A stretch of 64,000 nucleotides of DNA from Felis catus (lineage: Eukaryota): the NCBI RefSeq assembly GCF_018350175.1, contig NC_058368.1, positions 24,430,001-24,494,000 on the forward strand. The letters run 5' to 3'. Positions 1 to 11,514 of this stretch are shown one piece after another. The position numbers and the translations under genes are program-made. How positions within the stretch are numbered: position 1 is the stretch's first letter; each line of letters starts with the position of its first letter. A model generated the notes under the pieces. The model worked only from the letters and a program-made list of their open reading frames with translations. It was not told the origin of the DNA and ran no database searches.

Positions 1-485
1 ATTTCCACAAACTCCACCTTATAATGAACGTGTGTCAGTAGCCTGCAGAGGAGATGGCCAGAGTGTGGTAGAAATGGAGCTACTGGGTGGGGGAAGCCTG
101 GCTCTGCTATTAAATAGCTCACACAAAGTCTCAATGCCCACGGGCCTGTATCTGCTCCTCTAGAAAATCAAGGCGATGTGCTCTGTGGGTGGTTCCCTCG
201 CTGTGCTTTCCTGAGCCCTGGGGGGATGCCCTGATGCAGCAGGCCTACAATACTTTTGCCTCTTCCAACTCCAGTGCTACCAGTGTGGCTTGCTTGGTTT
301 TACTGCTTTCATACAATATGGGATTTTGCTGTGGGACAGTGGTTCTCACTCAGTGCAGGCTCTTCGGGCAGCAAAATCATCTGTGGCACTTGAACAAAAG
401 GCCAAGCCAGAGACTGGGGCTCCACAGGCAGGGTTGAGAACGATTAGATAAAAGATTTAGAATGGGGCTTCCAAAGCCTTATACA

Positions 486-859
486 CAGTTGACCCTTGAA
501 CAACGCAGGTTTGAACTGCATGGGTCCGTTTATACACGGGCTTTTTTTTTTTCCCAAAATATATTGGAAAATTTTTTAGAGATTTGCAGCGATTTGAAAA
601 AATTCACAGATGAAATGCATAGCCCAGGAATACTGAGAAAGTTCAGACAAAGTTAGGTATGTTTTTAAGAATACATCATATAATACATATACAAAATATA
701 GGCAAATCAACTGTTTATGTTATTGGTGAGTCTTCTGGTCAACAGTAGGTTTTTAGTAGTAAAATTTGGCAGGTGGGGGGGGGAGTTGAAAGTAATATAC
801 AGGTTTTAACTGTGCTGGGGTTGGTGCCCCCAATTCCTGCATTGTTCCAGAGTCCACTG
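486..859 (+). mobile_element. Tigger2-like (Tc1/mariner) DNA transposon fossil
   Basis: Terminal inverted repeats cagttgacccttgaacaa ... ttgttccagagtccactg; internal sequence typical of Tigger2a. Confidence 0.8.
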
Positions 860-1091
860 TGGTTTAAAAGAACACCCTCCCTATAAAATCTCTTCCCTAT
901 AATTCTTTGATTCTATAATCAAGCTAGTCCTCCTTACTATTACAGAAATATATTCAATGAATAGATAATACAGGACAGTGATGTGAAAGGTACCCAGCAA
1001 TGTTTTTAAAGGTCAAGAGATATTTGATCATGGTTCCTGCTCTCCACTACAGAATATAGGTCAACGTGTTTCTCTAGGTGGAAAAACTTTG

Positions 1092-1314
1092 TTTTTAATT
1101 TTCTTTCAGTGTTTATTTATTTTTGAGACAGAGAGAGAGAGACAGAGCATGAGCAGGGGAGGGGCAGAGAGAGAGGGAGACACAGAACCTGAAGCAGGAT
1201 CCAGGCTCTGAGCTGTCAGCACAGAACCCGACATGGGGCTCAAACCCACGAACCGTGACATCATGACCTGAGCTGAAATCAGATGCTTAACCGACTGAGC
1301 CACCTAGGCGCCCC
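1092..1314 (-). mobile_element. CAN-SINE
   Basis: tRNA-derived head, (CT)n and A-tail in reverse. Confidence 0.92.
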
Positions 1315-1599
1315 TAAGTGGAAACACCTTTTAATATAATAAAGACTCACTAAGGGGGAGTCTCCTACAAGATATGAAGGAAGGTCCAGGCCCACATGCC
1401 AGATCATGGAAAACGAAATCCTGGGAACCAAAAATCTACTGCATGCCACATGGTCCATATTCAATTCCCCTGGAAATGGTTCATCATATAATAGATGACT
1501 CAGGCCCTCCCCTGTAAAGCTGGCCAAGTAAATCTTTATGTGCAATAGAGTTAAAGGGATATCCATGTGATGTGAGATTCCTTGGGTTCAATGCCAGCC

Positions 1600-1775
1600 T
1601 TTTGTAACCCTGGGGCAAGATCATCGATCTCTGTGCCTCAGTTTTGTCATATGTGAAATGGGGGATAATAATAGAACTTACCGTACAGACTTGGTGTGAA
1701 TATGAAATCAGTTACTACCTATGGAATACTTAGAACACTGCCGAGCATGGAGTGTTTAATAAATGTTAGCTATTA
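1600..1775 (+). mobile_element. MIR fragment
   Basis: ctctgtgcctcagttttgtcatatgtgaaatgggggataataata ... ttaataaatgttagctatta. Confidence 0.7.
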
Positions 1776-2243
1776 CAATTTTAGACATAGGACCAAGACA
1801 TGAGAGGTATACGGTTTTCTCAGATCTTGAACCTGAAGGCTAGGTAAAGAGTGACTGGGACTACGTATTGCTCTGGGTCCAGTTGTTGGTTTCTTCAGAC
1901 AAATGGCAGTAAGCTAGAATCACCAGTGTAGAAACTTCATATAATCTCCTGAATCACGTTCTATCCACAGCCTCCAATCAGATGAAACTCAAGGCCAAGG
2001 AAGAGGTGTGACCTTGCACCGTAACACCCCAATACCATAACAATAAGCATCGGACAGAGAAAAAGCTATTGATAGGAATGATAGGAAAAACTTATCAATG
2101 ATAAGAAAAACTTACCAATATCACTGGGTGAGAATATAGGCTTACCCCAAGTAAAGCAGACCAAAATTCTATCACGACAGGGCTGCCTTCTGCTTGAACC
2201 ATGAACTTTACAGGTAGCTCATAACCAGGCCCTGGATACTCAC

Positions 2244-2311
2244 ATTCCCTCAGGTTGCCAGTGCGTGTCCTCTTCTATCCGTAACAGTTCTTCACAGTCC
2301 TCAGCCCTATC
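2244..2311 (-). CDS. LRCH1: LRCH1 coding exon 10
   Basis: ccatag|GAT AGG GCT GAG ... GAG GGA AT|gtgagt; 68 nt; DRAEDCEELLRIEEDTHWQPEG. Confidence 0.93.
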
Positions 2312-2384
2312 CTATGGACAGAACATATGGGAATTCTGAGAGCCACTGGCTATCAACAGTCAACAGTCAAACCCTGCCCTCGTC

Positions 2385-2875
2385 CATGTTCACAGGACCC
2401 TTAGTCACAACAGCCAAAACGTGGAAACAATCCAAGTGTCCATCTACACATAAATGGATAAACAAAATATGGTCTATACATACAATGGAACGTCATCGAG
2501 CCTTCGAAAGGAAGTTCCGACACGTGCTACAACACGGTGAACCTTCAAGACATTATGCTCAGTGAAATAAGTCAGTAACAAGAAGCCAAATACTGTATGA
2601 TTCCACTTATATGAGGTCCCTGGAGTCATCACCCATAGAGACAGAAAGCAGAATGGTGGCTCCCAAGGGAGGTGGGGGGGGGGGGGCAGGGAATGGGAAA
2701 TTACAGTTTAATGGGTTTGAAGTCTCAGTTTTACCAGATAAAAAAGGTTCTGGGGATGGATGGTGGTGATGGCTGCAAAACAATGAGAATATTCCACTGA
2801 ACTGTACACTTAAAAATGGCTAAAATGGTAAGTTTTATGTTATAGATATTTTCCACAATTAAAAATTAAATTAAA
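2385..2875 (+). mobile_element. Old L1 (L1MB-like) 3' end
   Basis: ORF2 tail (TAKTWKQSKCPSTHKWINKIW) plus typical L1M 3' UTR; sits about 70 nt from the exon 10 acceptor. Confidence 0.8.
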
Positions 2876-3041
2876 GAGATCTGACCCAGGACCACAATAC
2901 CGGTTAACTTAGAGTCAGAAATGTAAAGCTTAATTCTATTTCTTACTACCCTCTTAGCACCTCTTGCTGTTGACAGATTCCTCCATTATTAGTTGGGTTT
3001 GTCAGTCACATGAGAATACGCATTGTACTGTTTGTGAGACG

Positions 3042-3044
<3 letters not shown>

Positions 3045-3094
<50 letters not shown>
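3045..3094. repeat. (GT)n microsatellite
   Basis: direct reading. Confidence 0.95.
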
Positions 3095-3095
<1 letters not shown>

Positions 3096-3601
3096 CTTGG
3101 GAAAAAAAGTATAAAACAGTTAACAGAAAATGCCTCAGAGTGACCTTTCCAGAAAGAGAAGACATTCATTTCCAGATTTTAAAAATTTCCACTTTTCTCT
3201 TTTTACAATGGACATACTTCTAAGAAAAGTATTCACCTAGAATGCATTGAAAAGAATGTGAATCTCTTTCCATGTTAACTTTTACTAGATGGTAACGGCA
3301 ATTCTATTACATTTGCAAACTTATCCTGATGCACTGAGTGGTGGAAAGCCAAGCAATTACTGAATATAAAAGAAAATCAGACACATTTACAGACAAACGG
3401 AGAGGTTATGTCTGACAGGGACCGGCTCCTAATGTCAGAAAATACACACCCCAAACTTTGAGAAGATGTTCCATGTTATAAAAATCTGAGGACACTGGCA
3501 GTACGTTGGCATTTAAGGTGACAGATTGGTAACCTTGAACTTAAATGTTAAGGTGCCAAACAAAAGAAGATTTAAAAAAAATTATTTGATCCTCAACTTG
3601 C

Positions 3602-3729
3602 CTTAATATATGTTATAAATTCTGAACGGAGAACATCTCTTCCATCAGTAAATTGGTCTCTTTCTTCTCCTGAGTTGTCATTGTCCCCCAGAAGGGAAGG
3701 CTCTGGTTGAAATTCCTGATGAAAGTCCC
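3602..3729 (-). CDS. LRCH1: LRCH1 coding exon 9 (GC donor)
   Basis: ctgatag|GG GAC TTT CAT ... ATT AAG|gcaagt; 128 nt; (G)DFHQEFQPEPSLLGDNDNSGEERDQFTDGRDVLRSEFITYIK; the phase-0 end fits exon 10 with the GC donor. Confidence 0.92.
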
Positions 3730-4859
3730 CTATCAGGAAAATACAGAGAAAGACAAAAAGACGGTCTCATGAAGAGACGAGCAAAGCACAGATGAACCTC
3801 AAAACCAGCTAACTATTTCAGTCTCCTCTCTTACCTCTTATAGAGGTGTATGAGTGACCCCACTTCTCTCTTCCCTGAGGGTGTCAGGAAAAGATGAATA
3901 AAGGAGGAAAAGGAGGGAGAGAAGTAAAAGAAATGGAAAGCCCCCCAAAATGAACTGGCAAGTCAACTCCTCTTCGTGGCTTAGTCCCTTATGAAAGCAA
4001 TGAGATCTCCTGTAACTTTCTCAAGAAACAGAGGAAAGAAAGTATAAAGAGGCAAATGGAACAGCAAACAGATCTCTTCTCCCCGATCTGGAAACTAAAA
4101 AGAATCAAGGAGGGCTACCTTTAAGGACGCCCCCCTAGCAGAATACCCACTTCTAGAACAAAGAGGAAAAAACTCACTGGTAACAAATCACAGAATTCTT
4201 TTATTTTAAGTTTGCCTAAAACACTACCTCCTATACTGTATAATGTTATAAAGATTATCTACTAAAAAGGCAGTTATATTCTTGCATGAAGTATACAGTG
4301 ATATTTTTTGGAGAGTGTGTGGTTCCAATCATAACCTCAGATAAACATAAATGCTAAACTTATGTGCTAAACTAAAAAAAACCTGAAGGTATGAAGTGAA
4401 AGCAAACGCTAGTTGGTTCACACAGCTCCCCTATCACTAATGAGGGCATATTCAAACTGTTAGGGAGATGATCTGCATATTAATCTAGTTCTGTATTATT
4501 CACATATCATGAAATCATGTGCTAAAAATCAGCAAACACTAAATTTTAGGATTTTCTTTAACAGTCACTGAACAAATAAGAGTAGTAAAAAAAAAAAAAA
4601 AATCAAAACCCTACCCTAATGTAATCAACTGAGGGCTTCCACCAACTTATGAAATACGTTGCTAGGATTTTCAAGGTAGGCAGGACATAAAGTGCTTAGC
4701 GATCATTTGATGATTATTAGAGAACCACAGAACTTTAGAGCTACAGAAGACCATGGGTAATTAGGTAATTAGATATTTCCTAATCTAACCATCTCACTTA
4801 TAGGTGAGAGAATTAAGGTCAACTATCGTGTCCAAAGTCAAGTGGACTCCTAGGCACAC

Positions 4860-5185
4860 ATCTCAACTATATTTCCTCCCTTCACATGTGGTTAGAAGTG
4901 GCCATATGTCCGAGCCTAGCTTGTAAGAGATGGGCACTCCTAGGCACAGCCCATTAAAAACCTCTTGTGAGCAAACCTCCACGTTCGGCCCTCTTCTGCC
5001 CTAAAATAGGACCTTGGAAGTCTTGTGTTAAAGGTGGTGGAATCTCAGAATGAAAGCAGCGTGGGTCTTTGGAGGGGAGCTGCCTGCCAATCACTAACTC
5101 TCGTGTAGACTTGATTTGGATTGTGTTAAGCCAGTGAGATTTGGGGATTTCATGTGCTACCACGGCTGTTGTTGCCTAATAGGTC
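4860..5185 (+). mobile_element. Degenerate MLT1-type (MaLR) LTR fragment
   Basis: MLT1-like motifs gttagaagtggccatatg and tgtgttaagccagtgagatttgggg. Confidence 0.5.
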
Positions 5186-5503
5186 TACATAGTAATGGTT
5201 TCTTTCCAAGAGTGGATTTAAAGACTGTTATATAAATCTTCAAAATGAGAACAACTCTACTACTGGCTAGCTGTGTGATCACTGGCATGTTACTTAAACT
5301 GTCTCACCTGTAGGATGGAGATGATTAAAATTTCGGAGTTTTGGACTTTAAATGGGATCACTTTCACAGATGAGCAAAGAGCCTGGTGCTCAGGAAATGC
5401 TCAATAAGCGTTAGCTATCATCAAGGCCCTATCGGGACAGATTGCAAACATAGCATTTGAAACTTAAAAACAAGCACTTTCTCCCCGTCATTCATTGTCA
5501 GAC

Positions 5504-5609
5504 CTTTAACTGGGCTAAGGCGATGGCACGGGTCCTCCTTGATGATCTGTTCTTCTTCCATGATATTTGACATTGGCACGTTGAGGCTAACCGTGTCTTC
5601 ATCAGAAGG
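5504..5609 (-). CDS. LRCH1: LRCH1 coding exon 8
   Basis: ttttag|CCT TCT GAT ... GTT AAA G|gtctga; 106 nt; PSDEDTVSLNVPMSNIMEEEQIIKEDPCHRLSPVK(G). Confidence 0.95.
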
Positions 5610-5734
5610 CTAAAAAGGAATAGTGCACTACTTTATTCCAGGGACAAGAGTTCTCTATGTAGATTAAAAGAATGCTATGTGATAAAAAAAAAAAAAAACA
5701 AAAAAAAAAAACAACAAAAAAAAAACAAAACTGT

Positions 5735-6000
5735 GATTCTCAAACACATAATATCGAGTAAAAGATGCCAGATACAAAGCATGGTTCCACTTACGTAAGT
5801 TCAAAAACCAGCAAAACTAATCCATGGTGTCTGAAGTCCGGATAACGGCTACTCTTGGCTTGGAAGGTGGGCGCATGAGTGGGCTTTCTGGGGTACTGGT
5901 AAAGCTCTGTTTCTTGAACTGGCAGCTGGTAATATGGGTGTGTTCGCTTTGTCAAAACTCACTGAATTAACACTCAAGTGTCTCTCTGTACATGTTTTGA
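5735..6000 (+). mobile_element. Ancient L1ME-like 3' UTR fragment
   Basis: aagttcaaaaaccagcaaaactaatccatggtg ... ctttctggggtactggtaaagctctgtttcttg. Confidence 0.6.
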
Positions 6001-6267
6001 CCTAAAATTTTGTCAGGTACCTGATGGCATTTTCCAACCTAAGAGCAATGGTCAGGGCACTAAGAAGGACTATGTAATACCTGACAGAACAAAGGAATAA
6101 TTGTAAATATATATAGTGTGATGTTATAAATATGGTCAATATCACAGTGGCCCAAAGGCCAACCAATCGTTGTAATAGCAATGGTACTCTGAGATCTGAC
6201 GACAACACCAATTTCCCAAACTACATTAGGGTTTCATGCAGCTCGTCACAAAAAGCAGGCAATATCT

Positions 6268-6429
6268 GGGGGCACCTGGGTGGCTTAGTGTGTTAAGTGT
6301 CTGGCTTCAGCTCAGGTCATAATCTCCAGGTTCGTGGGTTTGAGCCCCATATTGGGGCTTGGAGCCTGGAGCCTGCTTCGGATTCTGTGTCTCTGTCTCT
6401 TTCTTCCCCCCCCCCCCCCCACACTTGTG

Positions 6430-6471
<42 letters not shown>

Positions 6472-6500
6472 AATAAATAAACATTAAAAAATTTTTTTTA
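6268..6500 (+). mobile_element. CAN-SINE
   Basis: TSD aaaaaagcag(g/a)caatatct. Confidence 0.93.
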
Positions 6501-6803
6501 AAAAAGCAGACAATATCTGTGACAATACCTCATTTATTTACAGTGCATCTTATGTGCAACATTAAGCTTCGGTTTATTTCCCTGTTTTAGGTTGAAGAAT
6601 ATAGGAATTTAGGCTGCGTCAAATATATGAAAGTGTTGAATGGCTGTAGTACTTAAAAGGAAATGTGTTCCGTGCAATTTTCAGAGAAAGGCTTCAATTC
6701 AGTAATCAAAGTAAGTTGTCTCTGGGGTGCTAGTTTCTCACAGTAGCTGATGAAGTTTATTCAGATAATCTAGGATTCCGTCACAAATGAAATACAGAGC
6801 CTC

Positions 6804-7042
6804 GGGGCACCTGGGTGGCGCAGTCGGTTAAGCATCCGACTTCAGCCAGGTCACGATCTCGCGGTCCGGGAGTTCGAGCCCCGCGTCGGGCTCTAGGCTG
6901 ATGGCTCAGAGCCTGGAGCCTGTTTCCGATTCTGTGTCTCCCTCTCTCTCTGCCCCTCCCCCGTTCATGCTCTGTCTCTCTCTGTCCCAAAAATAAATAA
7001 ACGTTGAAAAAAAAAATTAAAAAAAAATTAAAAAAAAAAAAA
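6804..7042 (+). mobile_element. Young SINEC_Fc
   Basis: CpG-rich diagnostic body; TSD gaaat(a/c)cagagcctc. Confidence 0.95.
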
Positions 7043-8845
7043 GAAATCCAGAGCCTCGGTGACTTTCGTATGTCTCCATTTCAGTGTTCCTATTTAGTAA
7101 AAAGCTTTCCAGATCACAGGGATCATGAACCTCCACAGAACACATTTCAGGGAGTTGTGGGCTGTTCCTCAATTTTTGGAGCCATGACTTTCAGGATAGT
7201 GTTTGTTTACATTTGGACGCGTGCACAAATCGTTTAGAAACCGGTGCAAAACAAGCGTGCATTTCATCCAGTAAACAGATATTCATTCAGCCGCCAGTTT
7301 TTTGTTGCATGTTTATCTTCAGAAAAACACGTTTTAAACTTCTTAGAGACAAACGCTAAATGTACTCAGACAATGGCAACAGCCAAAGGGGTGAGATGTG
7401 CTTTGCAAACGCCACAGGGAGACAGAAGTGGGGAGCCAGATAAACTCTAGTAAGCGGTGAGAGGACAACATAATTGCCAAACAAAGTGAAAAGAGAAAGC
7501 TACACTGGAGGAGGAGTCAGAATGCTATTCCTTCTACAAATTTCTTGGAGGTGTTCTCAGGTAACGAGGCGGCCGTGTGAGACCAGATGAAAAGGCCGAG
7601 GGAAGATTCAGGCACTCAATACTGTCAAATATAAAATCCTTTCTGTGGTCCTTCCTTCCACCCTCCTCCTCTCTTGAAAGCTTAGCAAAATTCCAAAGAT
7701 ACGCATCTAGTTAAAAGGGACAGAATAAACCCTTGGCCTCGTTTTAGAACGATTTTAGCCTCCTACTTATATTAAGTGAGAACAAAAGGATAATGAGGTT
7801 CTTTGTGTGATGTTTTATTAATGAACTTAATTATCCTTAAAAAACAGATAAAGGATAAAGCAGAGTCTGTTTTAACTTCGTAGAAAATAAGCTGAGGGTG
7901 AGTAATTTCTGAAACAATGGGACATTTCAGGGGACTTATGAGTTTTAATAAAGCTAAGGGAGTTGAATTAAATACAACTTATAAAGTAATGTGTTGAGTA
8001 TTTCCTCCCCCAGGGAACCACAGTAAACTATTCATGTGGCTTCATGAGAGTAATTTTCTTTTATTGAAATTGGCCTTCTTTTTCTCCCTACAAACTCCTT
8101 TCGAAATGTTCCATATTAGAAAGACTTTAAGGTATCCTAATTTTTTAATACATTGCTTTATAAAGCATGTTGTAGGAAGTAAAATGCAATATCTTAGCTA
8201 CACATTAATCCTCAAACACCTGAAGAGAACAGGCAAAAGGCAGTTTCTTGGAGTCACACAGAGTACAAAAGAGAACTCCTTAAATGGGGTAACTGACCTA
8301 TTAATTACATCTTCAAAGAGTAGAATTATATTTCAAAACTCAGTAACCACAAAATCTCAATAGATTTCCTCAAAAGGGAAGACTGATGATACATCCAATC
8401 CCTCCACCAGCTGTCCCTTCTAGCTCCCCTGCTCAAGAAACCCCACTTAATGGTATATTAGTGAAAGGTTTCGGGGAATCTAACTATAAATGAGATAAAT
8501 GTGCTAACTGAGCTATTTATAACCACTTTAGGAAGCTCTCGTGTGGCTTCTTGGCTTACAAGTAACCAAACTTTTATCCAACCGTCTGAAAAAAACACAA
8601 TCGAAGACTTTCAGGAAAACAAATATTGCTATAAAAACTCTGGCTATTCAAAATCACACTTCCTGTGGGTACACTGCTAAAATGCAATGCACATTTGACT
8701 CCTTAACATCTATCCATGCAAATAATTTTTTTCCCAAATTATTCTGTCAATGAGAAACAAACATATTTATAAAAATGCCTCATGGGTACTTGCAGACCAC
8801 TCTTAGTCATTTCATAATATTTATGAAGCATTTGAGAATATTCTA

Positions 8846-9080
8846 GGGGCACCCAGGTTGCTCTGTCAGTTAAGTGTCTGACTCTTGATTTCGGCTCAGG
8901 TCATGATCTCACGGTTCATGGGATTGAGCCCTATGTCGGGCTCCCAGCTGAGAGGGTAGAGCCTGCACAGGATTCTGGATCTCCCTCGCCGTCTGCCCCT
9001 CCCTGGCTCGTGTGCGCACACATGTATGTGTGTTCTCTCTCCCTCCCTCAATATAAAGAAATCAACTTTAAGGAAAAAAC
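8846..9080 (+). mobile_element. CAN-SINE (older)
   Basis: TSD gaatattcta. Confidence 0.9.
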
Positions 9081-9345
9081 GAATATTCTAGATAATGTCA
9101 GGAGTGTGGTGGGAGGGGAAGAAGATAGGGACTCTACCCTTGAGACATTTACAAAATATTAAAGATGCAGAAAAAACTAACAGCGGCTCATATTTCTATA
9201 ACACTTGGATTTCAAATTGCTTTCACAAACATAATCACACCTTCTCACATAGATGCATTAATACCCTTTACCACAGAGGAGTTCAGGAATGCAGGCAAAT
9301 CCAGCTAGAAGCACAGAAGGAAAAATATCTAATCACGAACTTTAC

Positions 9346-9409
9346 CTCTGTGGCAGATAAACGCTTGTCTCCATTATCACTTCCAACGCCCGAATCAGAA
9401 TCCTTCTTG
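9346..9409 (-). CDS. LRCH1: LRCH1 coding exon 7
   Basis: cccag|C AAG AAG GAT ... ACA GAG|gtaaag; 64 nt; (S)KKDSDSGVGSDNGDKRLSATE. Confidence 0.95.
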
Positions 9410-10519
9410 CTGGGATAGATGCCATCGGTATGGAATCCATTTAGAAAAAAACGAAATCGCAAAGTTCACAACAAGATACATCAATTTATATTCAAGTAAT
9501 GACTCTGCTATACAAATTTTATTACTACCATAAGGCAACGAATCAGCCCAATATTAAAGGAGGTTAAGACAAGGGCCTCATGAAAATCAGATACTCTGTC
9601 TAAGCAGAGTAGAAGATAAACTCTTTGCGTTCAAGGTTTCATAAATTCATACTCTAACCAAGGGGCCTGGTCTTTGAAACAGTTAACAATGTTCTCATTT
9701 TAGTGATTCCAGTGTACGAAAAGCAAAAACTACCTAATTGCTTTTACCTTTTACGTTACAAGAGGCTTTTAACTTTTCTATAGTTACTTTCAATAATTCT
9801 GTAAGCCTTTTACCCAGTGACTAAATAAATTTGATGTTTATAAAAGTAAAATAATGAATACATATTTTAAGCATTAAGTAAAGCGATCATTAGGGTAGCC
9901 TGAGATTTTAAGCCACCATGTTTACTCTTTTAGTAAAAAGTTAAGGAAAGGTCTCTGCAATGAAGACCTCTCAAAACGGCCTGTGTTTCTATACATGTGT
10001 TCAGCGTGGGAACTTTGTTCTCTGAAAATTCAAGGCCCAATTTATGCCACAAAAAGGCCAAGGGCATGTGAAAGGATTCCAACACATCGGTTCCAAACAG
10101 GAAATGGCAAAAACTACGCACACCGCATTTTTAAAAAGACAGTTACAACACAAAACCTGTAGTGTTTCTTAACAATGTTCTGGTGGCATATTAAAAATTA
10201 ATCATTAAAAAAAAGCATACCTGAGCCTTTATGGGTGTTTTAACTGATAAGTAAAAAATACCCATATTTATATTATGGATTGCATGTACAAAGATACATA
10301 TATATGCGTTATAACATACACAAACGGTCCTCAAGAAAGACCGATTATTGATTAGATTAGGGAAGGTAAGATTTGCAAGATGCCGAAAGGTTATCCGCAC
10401 CATAAATCTGCGCTGGTTAAGAGAGACCAAGGGATTTTTTGGACTTACCCACCCAACCGGTGCACTCTGGCCGAAACAAATCCTAAACAGGGGCTTTCAG
10501 CCACTGCAGTCACACCCAC

Positions 10520-10647
10520 CTGTCCTCCACGTGCTGGTGTAAATGTGGCCTCTCCATCGTGTGGAGATAGAGGGAGTCGGTTGTCTTCATCTGACATGCT
10601 TGTATGCTCAGATACTTGAATATGTGCACTTTGCCCTTTGTGCAAAT
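10520..10647 (-). CDS. LRCH1: LRCH1 coding exon 6 (LRR C-terminal cap)
   Basis: ccatag|ATT TGC ACA ... GAG GAC AG|gtgggt; 128 nt; ICTKGKVHIFKYLSIQACQMKTTDSLYLHTMERPHLHQHVED(S). Confidence 0.95.
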
Positions 10648-11377
10648 CTATGGAGAAATTAATAACACATAGTTTTAACGTTTTTTAACGGCAAAACAAA
10701 ATGTAAACCCTAGACATTTGACTGTGTATTTTCATTTAAAATAACACTTTAACAATACGCACCCAATTTGGCCTCTCCAAAACATACGAGAATTTAGGCA
10801 ACCGTTTCTTCCAGATTCTACTTTGAATAGAAAACCATTCTAACAGAAGTGTGTTTAAGTCTAAATAGTGTAAAAAAATATAGAAGTCAGGTAACCGACA
10901 TGGTTTAACATCCCACTTCTGGAAGCATTCACTTTGTTCCCACATGGTTTAACAGCTGAATTCGAAACTTATCTCTGAAAAACCAACAATCATATTTGAA
11001 AATGTCTGAACTCCATTTCGCAGCTCACAGTAACGTAAGGCATGTATTCCTCCTTGAGTCTAAGCCACACGCTCCATGAAGGAGTTTCCAACGACCGTAC
11101 AAATGCCACCATAATCACACCTGTAATTCTGGGACTGCAGCGATCAGAACAGTGAGCTAAACCCTAGTAAACGGACTCTATGTAGCAGAAGACAACGTAC
11201 TGTAGTCAGATTCACCCAAGGTTTCATCTTTCAGAGACTGTGATCAAGTCTAAAACAGTGTGAATTCAGCAGACGATCAGAGGTCCGGCTCTGCCCAGAG
11301 TTGCCGCCCCCGCGCCCCTCCCTCCCCACACCACTGACAGCATTTCTCCCTGAAACCGCTTTGCTGCGGGCCCTCAC

Positions 11378-11514
11378 CTGTGCTGGAGGAGACTGCAAAG
11401 GGTTGTTCTCAAGTAGTAATACCTGCAGCCGTTTCATCTCTCTAAAACAAATGGGAATCACGAGCACTTTATTGCAGGAAAAGTCAAACTTTACCAAGGG
11501 AAGTTCTACTAGTT
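11378..11514 (-). CDS. LRCH1: LRCH1 coding exon 5 (LRR region)
   Basis: ctttag|AA CTA GTA ... GCA CAG|gtgagg; 137 nt; (E)LVELPLVKFDFSCNKVLVIPICFREMKRLQVLLLENNPLQSPPAQ. Confidence 0.97.

Noticed and set aside
1..2240. LRCH1 exon 11
   Set aside because: No segment encoding the expected following peptide was found; it probably lies left of the window.
5683..5730. Orphan A-rich tract as a tail-only retroinsertion (also 21984-22008 and 35846-35876)
   Set aside because: The flanking repeats are too short (for example tgtgat) to call a TSD.
6781..6990. Recurring ORF family GQRETEHERGRGRERGRHRIGNRLQ (also 22851, 36982, 62506) and MAQSVKHL-type ORFs
   Set aside because: These are translations of CAN-SINE copies, not genes.
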